From: Chloroflexota bacterium
GTDB lineage: Bacteria > Chloroflexota > Limnocylindria > P2-11E
Direction of reading: 5' to 3'
DNA: 60,188 nucleotides
NCBI GenBank assembly: GCA_005880575.1
Contig: VBIZ01000109.1
Location: forward strand, 1 to 60,188
The notes under the pieces are model-generated. The model saw nothing but the letters and a program-made list of their open reading frames with translations, was not told where the DNA came from and did no database searches. The stretch's first letter is position 1. Every line of letters begins with the position of its first letter. The position numbers and the translations under genes were made by a program. Positions 45,243-54,290 of this stretch are shown piece after piece.

Positions 45243-46148
45243 ATGACCGTCACGGCGCACCCGGACTCCGTCATTCAGCTCGGCGACCGGGTCGTCGAGC
45301 TCAAGGTCCATCGCTGTCTGTGGAGCGGGACGTACTCGGAGAACTCGCGGCTCGCGATCGAGGAATGCGCGCGGGAGGGAGTCGTCCGCGCGGAGATCGA
45401 TGTCCGGCTCCTCCGCGACGGCGAGATGGTCGTGTTCCACGACGACCGCCTCGATCGCGTGACGGACGCGCAGGGACTGGTGCGCGACGCGACGGCGGCG
45501 CAGGCGACCGGCGCGCGCTTCGAGGATGGCACGCATCCCCTCCTCTTCTCGGAGGCGATCGCGTTGCTGGCGGCGCACGAATTTCCGAGACGGGTCGAGC
45601 TCGACCTGAAGGATCTCGAGCCGTACACCCGGCCGCAGGCGGAGGCCCTCGCGCGCGCGGTGCAGCCCATCAAGGGCCGGATCCATTTCAGCTGCCCGGC
45701 CGATTGGAACCTGCGCAGGCTGCTCGCCGTCGATCCCACACTTCCGGTGAGCTTGAATCCGCACTCGTACATCGACACCGAGGACGACCCGGACGCGCGC
45801 CTACCGATCGGGGCGTACGGCTATCGCGATGCGCACCCGCTCGCGAGGCGACGCCTGTCGACAACCTCCGAGTACCTGCGCGATCGCCTCGGCGGGATCA
45901 TGCGCCTCGTCCCCGGCGTCGTCGAAGCGCACGTGCGAGTCGGGATGTTCGAGCGGATGCTCGACGATGGCATCGCGGACGCGGCCGGCATCTTCCATGA
46001 CCTTGGGATGAAGGTCGACGTCTGGACGCTGGATGCTGACACCCCGCACTGGCGCGAGCGTCTCGCGCGCCTCATGGACGCGGGCGTGGATATCGTGACG
46101 ACGAATACCGCCCGCGCCATCGCGGGCGCGGGTCGGGTGCCGACATGA
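45243..46148 (+). CDS. Glycerophosphodiester phosphodiesterase (GDPD) family protein
   Basis: Motifs HRC...ENSRLAIEEC...AEIDVRLLRDGEMVVFHDDRLDRVT. Confidence 0.75.
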   Translation: MTVTAHPDSVIQLGDRVVELKVHRCLWSGTYSENSRLAIEECAREGVVRAEIDVRLLRDGEMVVFHDDRLDRVTDAQGLVRDATAAQATGARFEDGTHPLLFSEAIALLAAHEFPRRVELDLKDLEPYTRPQAEALARAVQPIKGRIHFSCPADWNLRRLLAVDPTLPVSLNPHSYIDTEDDPDARLPIGAYGYRDAHPLARRRLSTTSEYLRDRLGGIMRLVPGVVEAHVRVGMFERMLDDGIADAAGIFHDLGMKVDVWTLDADTPHWRERLARLMDAGVDIVTTNTARAIAGAGRVPT

Positions 46149-46154
46149 TCGGCC

Positions 46155-47078
46155 TCAGTCGTGCTTCGAGAGCCACTCCGTAAGGCGCTCGCGGCAGAAG
46201 CGCTCGCGCTCCGGCAGCTCGTTCGAGCGGTACCAGACGATCCCCGCCAGGAGCAGGTAGATCTCGTAGATCTCGGCGCGGCGCCGGCTCGCCTGGTCCT
46301 CGACGCGCGCGTACGCATCGCGGAAGGGCGCGAGCATGGCCGGGCACGCGGGCAGGGTCCAGGTTTCGAGGCGCACGAGATCGAGGAGCGGATCGCGACC
46401 TCGGGCGCGCTCGAAATCCAGGAAGGCGACGAAGTGCCACCCGTCGGCGCGCCGCTGCAGGAGCAGGTTCGCGAGGTTGAGGTCGTCGTGGGTGAGGCGG
46501 CGCTCGACACCCTCGAGAGCGTCGCGCCGCTCTTCGTAGTGCTGGATCACGGTTTCGTGCGATTCCTGATCGAGCGCGTCCAGGAAGCGGCACTCGGCCG
46601 CCCGCGTGCGCAGCCGATCGTCGAGCTCCGTCGACCAGGGCATTGGCGTGTCGACGTATTCGACGCGATGCATGACCCGCAGCCCGGTCCCGAGCTCCTC
46701 ACCGACGCGGTGCTGGTCGGTGAACGAGAGCGACCCGAGGGACCGCGCCGCGTCCTCGCCCGAAATGAAGTCCTGGATGAAATAGGGGACCTCGAGAGTG
46801 CGCTTTTCGACGTCGTACCAGCGCACCGCCGGGTGCGGGACGTGCTTCGCCTGCAGGAGCTCGGCGAGATGAAGGAACCGGCGCATCCGCCCGGCATGGG
46901 GACGGCGATGGACCTTGAAGAGGAACTGCTCTCCGCCGGGGGTGGTCAGGACGTAGGCGTGATGCGATCGTCCCCGCGGCCACGGCTCGACGCGGACCCG
47001 GGCGAGCGCGCCACCTGAGATTTCGTCGGCCGCCTGAGCGACCTCGTCCTGTGAGGGCGGGACGGTGAGCGTGCGCAT
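46155..47078 (-). CDS. APH/choline-kinase-fold phosphotransferase (third in the window)
   Basis: Motifs LTHDDLNLANLL...FLDFERA. N-terminal kinase lobe with YVLTTPGGEQFLFKVH. Confidence 0.75.
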   Translation of the reverse strand: MRTLTVPPSQDEVAQAADEISGGALARVRVEPWPRGRSHHAYVLTTPGGEQFLFKVHRRPHAGRMRRFLHLAELLQAKHVPHPAVRWYDVEKRTLEVPYFIQDFISGEDAARSLGSLSFTDQHRVGEELGTGLRVMHRVEYVDTPMPWSTELDDRLRTRAAECRFLDALDQESHETVIQHYEERRDALEGVERRLTHDDLNLANLLLQRRADGWHFVAFLDFERARGRDPLLDLVRLETWTLPACPAMLAPFRDAYARVEDQASRRRAEIYEIYLLLAGIVWYRSNELPERERFCRERLTEWLSKHD

Positions 47079-47107
47079 GGCCGCGACGAATCTAGCGGCG
47101 CGCCGCC

Positions 47108-48004
47108 CTACGCGCAGAGAGTGAGGGCGAGCTGTGCGGCCACCTGCGCGTTCGCGCGCAGGAGCGCGATATTCGCATCGAGCGCGCGGTAGTTTGTCGC
47201 CTCACCAAGCGCGCGCAGAAGATACGGTGTGAGGTCCGCGCCGCGGATGCCGTCGCGTTCCGACGCGGCGATCGCCTTGTGGACCTGATCCTCGACCTCT
47301 TCGCGTCGCAGCGCGGATTCGGGGGGCACCGGAACGCAGAGCAGCATCCCCGCGCCTCGCGCGAGCTGCTCCGTCGCGATGCGTGCGGCACCGAGCGCGT
47401 CGTTGACGCGGTAGTGCAGGTGCAGACCGCTCGATCGCACGTAGAAAGCGGGAAACTCGTCGGTGCCGTAACCGAGGACGGGCACGCCGAGCGTCTCGAG
47501 ACGCTCGAGTGTCAGCGCGAGATCGAGCACGAACTTCGCGCCGGCACTCACGACCACGACGGGGTGTCGCGCGATCGCCTCGAGATCCGCGGACTCGTCG
47601 AAGCTTCGCTCGGCCCCGCGGTGGACCCCGCCGATCCCGCCCGTCGCCAGCACCTGGATTCCGGCGGCCGCGGCGATCTCGACCGTCGCCGCCACGGTCG
47701 TCCCACCGAGCGTGCGCGCCGCGAGAACGGGAGCGATGTCGCGGATCGACACCTTGGCGACGCCGGACTCGTTCGCGAGGCGCTCGAGGAGCACGTCGCC
47801 GGCGCCGACGACGGCGACGCCGTCGTGCAGCGCGATCGTGGCCGGCACGACGCCGAACGCGCGGATCTCGGCCTCGAGCGCCCTCGCGGTGCTGAGGTTC
47901 CGCGGACGAGGTAACCCGTGCGCGATGACGGTCGATTCGAGTGCGACCACAGGTTTGTTCGCCGCGAGCGCCTTCGCGACCTCGGGCGCGATCGAGAGGT
48001 TCAT
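47108..48004 (-). CDS. psuG: Pseudouridine-5'-phosphate glycosidase
   Basis: Motifs PVVALESTVIAHGLP and GGIGGVHRGAE..FD.SADL, the YeiN/IndA family pattern. 4-nt overlap with mogA. Confidence 0.9.
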   Translation of the reverse strand: MNLSIAPEVAKALAANKPVVALESTVIAHGLPRPRNLSTARALEAEIRAFGVVPATIALHDGVAVVGAGDVLLERLANESGVAKVSIRDIAPVLAARTLGGTTVAATVEIAAAAGIQVLATGGIGGVHRGAERSFDESADLEAIARHPVVVVSAGAKFVLDLALTLERLETLGVPVLGYGTDEFPAFYVRSSGLHLHYRVNDALGAARIATEQLARGAGMLLCVPVPPESALRREEVEDQVHKAIAASERDGIRGADLTPYLLRALGEATNYRALDANIALLRANAQVAAQLALTLCA

Positions 48005-48579
48005 CGCCGGCCCGAAGCGTGACCCTGCTCGCCGCTCTCGCCGGCGAGAAGCTCGACCGCGTGGGGGAGCACGGGCAGCAGCACCTCGAGCGATTCGCGA
48101 ACGGCGCGAGGCGATCCGGGAAGGTTCACGACGAGTGCCGACCCGACCGCGCCCGCGACACCGCGCGAGAGCATCCCGTGGGCGGTCTGCTCGAGGGACC
48201 TCGCGCGAAGCGCCTCGGCGATCCCGGGGATCTCGCGATCGATCACGCGCCGCGTCGCTTCGGGCGTTACGTCATTCGGCGAGAGGCCGGTGCCCCCGGT
48301 CGTGAGCACGACGCTCGCGCCGGCGCGGATCGCCCCGAGTATCGCGGTCGCGATGCGCTCGACGTCGTCGGGCACGAGGGACTCGTGGACCACCTCCGCG
48401 CCGGCAGCGACGAGGCGCTCGCGCATCGCGGGGCCGCTCTCATCGGCACGCTCGCCCGCAGCGCCCTTCGTGCTGACCGTGATGATCCCCACACGTAGTT
48501 TCACGACCCGGAGGCTCACCCTCGCGGCTGGCGCCGCGGAGACGCGCTCAAGGTTGGTGGATCTCGCTCGCCTCGGCAA
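48001..48579 (-). CDS. mogA: Molybdopterin adenylyltransferase (MogA/MoaB family)
   Basis: Motifs RVGIITVS..., VVLTTGGTGLSPNDVTPEAT and NLPGSP. The N-terminal start is uncertain; internal GTG codons are possible. Confidence 0.85.
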   Translation of the reverse strand: MPRRARSTNLERVSAAPAARVSLRVVKLRVGIITVSTKGAAGERADESGPAMRERLVAAGAEVVHESLVPDDVERIATAILGAIRAGASVVLTTGGTGLSPNDVTPEATRRVIDREIPGIAEALRARSLEQTAHGMLSRGVAGAVGSALVVNLPGSPRAVRESLEVLLPVLPHAVELLAGESGEQGHASGRR

Positions 48580-48588
48580 AGCCGCCGC

Positions 48589-49068
48589 TCACTCGCGCTC
48601 TTTCCATGTCCCGGATTTCCCACCGGTCTTCTCGACGAGGCGGACATCGGTGAGCTTCGCGCCGCGCTCGACGGACTTCAGCATGTCGTACAGCGTGAGC
48701 CCGGCGACCGAGACCGCTGTGAGCGCTTCCATCTCCACGCCGGTCCGCGCGCTCGTGGCGACCGTTGCCTCGATCTCGATTCCCTCCCTCCCGAGGGTGA
48801 GATCGACCGACGCGTGTGTGAGGGGGAGCGGATGAGCGAGGGGGATGAGCTCGCTCGTGCGCTTCGCCGCCATGATCCCCGCGAGCCGTGCGGCAGCGAG
48901 CACGTCGCCCTTTGGTGTTGCGCCGTCGCGCACCAGCTCGATCGTCGAAGCCGACACGCGGAGCAGGCCGCGCGCGACCGCACGCCGCTCGGTCACCGCC
49001 TTTGCGCCGACGTCGACCATCCGCGCCGCACCTTTCGAATCGATATGCGTGAGCTTCTTCGCGCTCAA
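48589..49068 (-). CDS. moaC: Cyclic pyranopterin monophosphate synthase accessory protein MoaC
   Basis: Motifs [24 protein letters not shown] and [20 protein letters not shown]. The TTG start overlaps the moeA TGA (TTGA). The tracked ORF extends artefactually to 49635. Confidence 0.92.
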   Translation of the reverse strand: MSAKKLTHIDSKGAARMVDVGAKAVTERRAVARGLLRVSASTIELVRDGATPKGDVLAAARLAGIMAAKRTSELIPLAHPLPLTHASVDLTLGREGIEIEATVATSARTGVEMEALTAVSVAGLTLYDMLKSVERGAKLTDVRLVEKTGGKSGTWKERE

Positions 49069-50315
49069 CGGGACTCCGGCTGTTCGGTGAGGATCACGTC
49101 GACCGTCTCGCCCTTCTCGATCCGGGACGGACCCACGGGAAGATCGATGAGGCAGTTCGCGAGCGACATCGAGCGAAGGATCCCCGAGCCCTGAGGGCCG
49201 GTGAGTCGAACTGTGCCGGCGTCGGGGTCGTGGATGCCGCGAGCGAAGACGCGGAGGAAGTCGGGCTTGTCGACCGGGTCGAGAAGGCGCGCCTTGGCGC
49301 GCGGCCGCGCGACGTTCCCTCGCCCCTGCATCCGAAGCAACGCTGGGCGGACGAAGAGCTCGAAGGTCACGAGCGCCGACACGGTGTTGCCTGGCAGCCC
49401 GAAGATGGGGACGCGCCGCTCGCCATCCTTGAGCTCGCCGAAAGCGAGCGGTCGCCCGGGGCGGATGGCGATCGCCCAGAAGTCGATCGTTCCAAGCTCG
49501 GCCAGTACCGGCTTCATGTGGTCGTGATCGCCCACCGAGACTCCGCCGCTCGTCACGATCGCATCGGCCGCCCCCGCTTCCCGCAACGCTGACCGGAGCG
49601 CGTCGGGTGAGTCTCGGACGATGCCGCGGACCCACGGCTCGGCGCCCGATGCGCGGATCGCCGACGCGAGGGTGTATCGGTTCGAGTCGCGGATCTGCCC
49701 AGGCTCGAGCGGTGCATCGAGATCGACGATCTCGTCCCCGGTGGAGAAGACCGCGACGCGCGGGCGCTTGCGCACCCGGACCGAAGCGCGGCCGTCCGAC
49801 GCGAGAAGGCCGATCTCCGCGGCGCGAAGCACCGCGCCTTTCGTCAGGATGGTCTCGCCCTTGCGCACGTCCTCGCCGGCCTGGCGGATCGCCATTCCTC
49901 TCGGGGTTGCGGCCGTGATAGTTACGACGTCGCTCGCGTTGTCCGTGTCCTCGAATCGGACGACGGTGTCCGCGCCGGCCGGCATCGGGGCGCCGGTCAT
50001 GATCCGCATCGCCTGGCCGGGTCCGACCTCGCCCTGAGGAAAACCGCCGGCCGCGATTTCACCGACGACCCGCAGCTCGACCGGAGCCGAGGCCACGTCA
50101 TCGCCGCGAACGGCGTACCCGTCCATGGCGGAGTTGCGAAACGGCGGAACGTCGTGGTCGGCCGCGACGTCCTCCGCCAGCACGAGGCCGAGTGCGTCGA
50201 GGAGCGGCGCCTCGACAGTCGGGAGCGCCGGCACCCCATCCAGGATGCGGGCGAGCGCATCGTCGGCGCTCACCAGCTTCAGCGCGGGCCTCGCGCTGGT
50301 CGCGCTCTTCGGCAT
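49065..50315 (-). CDS. moeA: Molybdopterin molybdenumtransferase
   Basis: Motifs [28 protein letters not shown] and [11 protein letters not shown]. Confidence 0.92.
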   Translation of the reverse strand: MPKSATSARPALKLVSADDALARILDGVPALPTVEAPLLDALGLVLAEDVAADHDVPPFRNSAMDGYAVRGDDVASAPVELRVVGEIAAGGFPQGEVGPGQAMRIMTGAPMPAGADTVVRFEDTDNASDVVTITAATPRGMAIRQAGEDVRKGETILTKGAVLRAAEIGLLASDGRASVRVRKRPRVAVFSTGDEIVDLDAPLEPGQIRDSNRYTLASAIRASGAEPWVRGIVRDSPDALRSALREAGAADAIVTSGGVSVGDHDHMKPVLAELGTIDFWAIAIRPGRPLAFGELKDGERRVPIFGLPGNTVSALVTFELFVRPALLRMQGRGNVARPRAKARLLDPVDKPDFLRVFARGIHDPDAGTVRLTGPQGSGILRSMSLANCLIDLPVGPSRIEKGETVDVILTEQPESR

Positions 50316-50324
50316 GGCGCGAGT

Positions 50325-51374
50325 TTAGGCCGGGTAGACGCTGATCTCGGTCGCCTTCACGCTCACCCAGACCTCGCCACCTTCCGCGAGACCGAGGTCG
50401 CTCACCGCGGAAGGCGTGACCTCGGCGACGATCCGCATCTCGCCTTCAACACCGACGCGCACCCGATCCCCCTGAAAGTCGAGCGCCGACGCGCGACCGT
50501 GCCACACATTCCTCGGCGAGCCCTCGGGACGCGAGCGATGGAGTGCCACGGCGCGCGGGTGGATCGTGGCGAAGATCTCGCCATCGACGGGGTCGGCGGA
50601 GTGGATGACCGCGCCGCCTGGAAGCGCGAGATGCCCCGTCGTTGCGATACCGCGAAAGAGGTTCACTCCCACGAGATCCGCGACGTATCGCGACCGTGGC
50701 CGCTGCGTGACCTCGGCCGGGGATCCGGCTTGAACGATCCGGCCCGATTCGAGGATGACCAGACGGTCGGCGAGCGCGACCGCTTCGAGCGGATCGTGCG
50801 TGACGATGATGCGGACCCCCGCAAATGACGCGAGGTGGCGTCGCAGATCGCGCCGCACCGTGCCGCGAGCCGAAGCATCGAGCGCCGCGAGCGGCTCGTC
50901 GAGCAGAAGGACGCGCGGATCGATCGCGAGCGCACGCGCGAGAGCGACGCGTTGGGCCTGCCCGCCGGACAGGGCGCGCGGTTTCGCCTCCGCGTGCCCG
51001 CCGACGCCGAGGCGGTCGAGCCAGGATCCAGCGCGGTCGCGCGCCTCGCGTGCCGTCACACCGCGTGCGCGGAGGCCGAACGCCACGTTCTCGATCGCCG
51101 ACAGGTGCGGGAACAGCAGGTAGTCCTGGAAGACGACACCCATCGGCCTCCGCTCCGGGGGTACGCGGATCCCGCGCGATGCGTCTTCGAGGACCACGTC
51201 GTCGAGGTCGATACGCCCTCGGTCCAGCGCGACGAGTCCGGAGAGGGCCCGAAGGAATGTCGACTTGCCGGCGCCGTTCGGCCCGAGGACGGCGACGATC
51301 TCGTCCGCTGCGGCCTCGACGGCGACGTCGAGATCGAAATTGCCGAGCCGAACCGCGACCTGTGCTTTCAGCAT
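50325..51374 (-). CDS. modC: Molybdate ABC transporter ATP-binding protein with a C-terminal TOBE domain
   Basis: Motifs GPNGAGKST, LSGGQAQRVALARA and LLLDEPLAALD, with a C-terminal Mop/TOBE region. Confidence 0.9.
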   Translation of the reverse strand: MLKAQVAVRLGNFDLDVAVEAAADEIVAVLGPNGAGKSTFLRALSGLVALDRGRIDLDDVVLEDASRGIRVPPERRPMGVVFQDYLLFPHLSAIENVAFGLRARGVTAREARDRAGSWLDRLGVGGHAEAKPRALSGGQAQRVALARALAIDPRVLLLDEPLAALDASARGTVRRDLRRHLASFAGVRIIVTHDPLEAVALADRLVILESGRIVQAGSPAEVTQRPRSRYVADLVGVNLFRGIATTGHLALPGGAVIHSADPVDGEIFATIHPRAVALHRSRPEGSPRNVWHGRASALDFQGDRVRVGVEGEMRIVAEVTPSAVSDLGLAEGGEVWVSVKATEISVYPA

Positions 51375-52156
51375 CAGAAGGCGCGCAGGTAGCGGTCGCG
51401 CATGACGACGAGGATCGCGAGCGCCAAGCCGAGCAGGACGAGGCTCAACGCGATCGCGACCTCGGGCCGCGTCTCGAGCGCGATGTACACCGCGAGCGGC
51501 AGCGTCTGCGTCGTTCCCGGAAGGTTCCCGGCGAACGTGATGGTCGCTCCGAATTCACCGAGGGCACGGGCCCAGCAAAGCACGGCGCCGGCGAAGACCG
51601 AGGGCGCGATCAGCGGCAGAGTGACCCTTCGGAACACGAGCCACCGGCCCGCGCCGAGCGTCCGCGCGGCGTCCTCGTATCGACGATCCATCGAGCGCAG
51701 TCCCGCCTCGACCGTGAGGACGAGGAAGGGCATCGCGACGAACGTCGCCGCCAGGACCGCGCCCGCGGTCGTGAACGGGAGATGGATCCCGATCGCGTCG
51801 AGCGCAGGACCAAAGAGGCCGCGTCGGCCGAAGGCGAAGAGAAGCGCGACGCCGCCGACGACCGGGGGCAGGATCATCGGAAGAGTCGTCAGCGCGCGAA
51901 CGACGTCGCGACCTCGGAACTGCACGCGCGCATACACCCACGCGAGCGGGACGCCGAGCACGAGCGCGAGGGCAGTCGCGGCGAGCGAGACGACGAAGGA
52001 CAGCCTGAGCGCGGTCGCGGCCTCGGGGGTACCCAGATCGCTGAGCGCGGTTTCCCAGGGCGCACGGGAGAGGAGCCCGACGAGCGGCAGCACGACGAAG
52101 GCGACCCCGATCGCCGCAAGAAAAGCGAAGAGGAGGGGAGGGCGCTCCGGCCTCAT
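51374..52156 (-). CDS. modB: Molybdate ABC transporter permease
   Basis: Motifs EDAARTLGA and ARALGEFGATITFAGN. Confidence 0.9.
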   Translation of the reverse strand: MRPERPPLLFAFLAAIGVAFVVLPLVGLLSRAPWETALSDLGTPEAATALRLSFVVSLAATALALVLGVPLAWVYARVQFRGRDVVRALTTLPMILPPVVGGVALLFAFGRRGLFGPALDAIGIHLPFTTAGAVLAATFVAMPFLVLTVEAGLRSMDRRYEDAARTLGAGRWLVFRRVTLPLIAPSVFAGAVLCWARALGEFGATITFAGNLPGTTQTLPLAVYIALETRPEVAIALSLVLLGLALAILVVMRDRYLRAF

Positions 52157-52899
52157 GGCTTCGAGAAACCGAGCTCCACGAGAATCTTCTGCCCGTCCGG
52201 CGAGACGAGGTAGTCGACGAACCGGTGCGCGAGCGCGCTCTTCGGCGAGCCCTTCACCACCGCGATCGGGTAGCGCGCGACGACCTGCTGCTGCTCCGGT
52301 ATGTCAACGCCGGTCACGCGATCCGTCGCGGATTTCACGTCGGTGACGTACACGATGCCCGCGTCGGCCTCGCCGAGGCTGACCTTGTTCAGGACCGCAC
52401 GGACGTCGACCTCCTGACTCACCGGCTTTGCGATGACGCCGGCCTTCCTGAGAGCATCGAGCGCGTACTTCCCTGCCGGCACCGTTGGCGCCGCGAGCAC
52501 GAGGACCACGTCGGACCGCGCGAGGTCCGCGAGGGCGGCGATCTTCTTCGGGTTTCCCGGCGCGACGGCGATCGCGAGCCGATTGGTTGCGAACGCCGCC
52601 GGCGCACCGTCAAGAAGGTTCGCATCCACGACCTTCTGCATGTTCCCCTCGTCGGCGGAGGCGAAGACGTCGGCTGGAGCGCCGTTTGTGATCTGCGTCG
52701 CGAGCGTCGATGACGAGCCGAAGTTGAACGTGAAACGGACGCGCGTGTTCGTCTTGGCGAAGCCGTTGCCGGCTCTCGTGAAGGCGTCCGTCAAAGATGA
52801 GCCCGCGAAGACCGTCACGTTCTGGACCTCCGGGGTCACGGATGGCCCTGCCGAAGCGCAGCCGGTGAGCAGAGCCGCGAGGAGGAACGCCGCGCGCAA
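52153..52899 (-). CDS. modA: Molybdate-binding periplasmic protein (lipoprotein)
   Basis: Lipobox LLTGC and ModA-like motifs FAGSSLTDAF, FNFGSS and ADVFASAD. Confidence 0.9.
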   Translation of the reverse strand: MRAAFLLAALLTGCASAGPSVTPEVQNVTVFAGSSLTDAFTRAGNGFAKTNTRVRFTFNFGSSSTLATQITNGAPADVFASADEGNMQKVVDANLLDGAPAAFATNRLAIAVAPGNPKKIAALADLARSDVVLVLAAPTVPAGKYALDALRKAGVIAKPVSQEVDVRAVLNKVSLGEADAGIVYVTDVKSATDRVTGVDIPEQQQVVARYPIAVVKGSPKSALAHRFVDYLVSPDGQKILVELGFSKP

Positions 52900-52902
52900 G
52901 GG

Positions 52903-53337
52903 CTAGCTCGAGCCGCGAGCGCGCTGCGCGATCTCGAGGCCAACATTGGTCGCCTTCACGACGCAGACGACGGCGACGCCGGGCTTGAGAGAAAGCTCGT
53001 CGACGGCCTCCGCGGTTATCAGGCTGACCAGCCGGTGCGGGCCGGCTTGGACTTCGACGACGGCCGCCACGCGGTCCTTCTCCACACGAGTCACGATCCC
53101 CGGGAATCGGTTCCGCGCGGATCGAGCGACGATGGGCTCCTCGCGCTTTCGCCGGGTCGACTGCAACCGGCGTACGTCGGCGATGCTGACGAGGCGCTGT
53201 CCACCGCCCGACCTCTGGACCGGCAGCCTTCCATCGGCCTCCCACCGCCGCAGCGTGTCGACGGTCACGCCGAGAAGCTCGGCTGCTTCGCCGATGCGAA
53301 GAGTCGCATTCCTAGGTTTCTTGGCAGCTGCGGCCAT
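52903..53337 (-). CDS. Molybdate-responsive regulator candidate: MerR/excisionase-type HTH fused to a TOBE (Mop) domain
   Basis: HTH LRIGEAAELLGVTVDTLRRWEADGRL, then TOBE SARNRFPGIVTRVEKDRVAAVVEVQAG. Lies 3 nt upstream of modA. Confidence 0.8.
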   Translation of the reverse strand: MAAAAKKPRNATLRIGEAAELLGVTVDTLRRWEADGRLPVQRSGGGQRLVSIADVRRLQSTRRKREEPIVARSARNRFPGIVTRVEKDRVAAVVEVQAGPHRLVSLITAEAVDELSLKPGVAVVCVVKATNVGLEIAQRARGSS

Positions 53338-53380
53338 CTTTACCTAGGTATTCTAGTCATCTCCGCGCGGACGGCCATGG

Positions 53381-54211
53381 TTAGGCCGCGTCGCGCCGCT
53401 CGCCGTCGGCGGCGAGCGCAGCCTCGGCTTGACGGAGGAGCGCGGTCGTCGTCGCGACCTCCTCGCTCCAGGTCGCCGCGCCGGCGCGAACGTTCCAGCG
53501 GGCCGCGCCGAACGCGCGGACCGTCGAGGTCATGGTGCGCATGAGCTCGTCGAGCCGGGCACGCACAAGCGTGCAGAGACGCTCTTCTCTCGCCGGGTCT
53601 CGCCCAGCCGGTGCGATGGCGGCAACGCCCGACTCGCCGTAGCGGTAGGCGCTGACGTCACCGCCGAGCAACGTCGCGGTCGCCCCGAGGGTCGCCCGTA
53701 TCGCCCGATGGACCATGGCACGGCGCGTCGTCTCGCCGACGCCGTCGACGTCGACCTGCCCCAGAACGACCGCGAACGTGGGTCCACCATCGCGCGCGGC
53801 CGCGATCCGCTCGCGGACCGACGCGACGAGCACCCGATCGAGGTACGCCTCGGCGACGGGGCGTGCGCGCGGCGGCTCGGTCTCCGCGACGATCGGGAAC
53901 GGCCGCGGCTCGGCGTCTCCGAGCAGCCGGACCAGGGTGGGCAGCATCTCGGACCAGCGCTCACGCTCGCAGGTCCGCTCTGCGGCGCCGAGCGAGGTTA
54001 GGCACACGCTCGCCGCGCCGGCCGGCGCGACGTACCCGCCCTCGACCAGGGACTGCAGCGCGCGACCAAATGCTCCCGAAGCGAACGGCAGCCGCTCGGC
54101 CGCGATGGCCGCAAGGAGTGCCGCCGGCCGAGAGGGTCCAGCCGCGAGGCTCTCGAGCAGGTAGAGACGAAAGAACGCGGTCGCGAGGCCGGTGGCGCTG
54201 GGGCGGACCAT
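53381..54211 (-). CDS. Winged-helix (PadR/MarR-like) N-terminal domain fused to a degenerate GGDEF-like domain
   Basis: N-terminus FFRLYLLESLAAGPSRPAALLAAI...LQSLVEGGYV. C-terminus FAVVLGQVDVDG...GDVSAYRYGESGVAAIAP, where YGESG replaces GGDEF. ATG 54211 with GGAGGGGA upstream. Confidence 0.5.
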   Translation of the reverse strand: MVRPSATGLATAFFRLYLLESLAAGPSRPAALLAAIAAERLPFASGAFGRALQSLVEGGYVAPAGAASVCLTSLGAAERTCERERWSEMLPTLVRLLGDAEPRPFPIVAETEPPRARPVAEAYLDRVLVASVRERIAAARDGGPTFAVVLGQVDVDGVGETTRRAMVHRAIRATLGATATLLGGDVSAYRYGESGVAAIAPAGRDPAREERLCTLVRARLDELMRTMTSTVRAFGAARWNVRAGAATWSEEVATTTALLRQAEAALAADGERRDAA

Positions 54212-54290
54212 GTCCCCTCCGAAAGCCACGAGATAGAGCGACCGCGCCTTGAGGTGGCCCGCGACGTGCCGTGAACGAACGAAATTGGGC

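Noticed and set aside
50825-52213. A 462-aa plus-strand ORF (and 51402..52346) opposite modC and modB
   Set aside because: It is extremely Arg/Glu/Asp-rich low-complexity sequence. The minus strand encodes canonical ModB and ModC.
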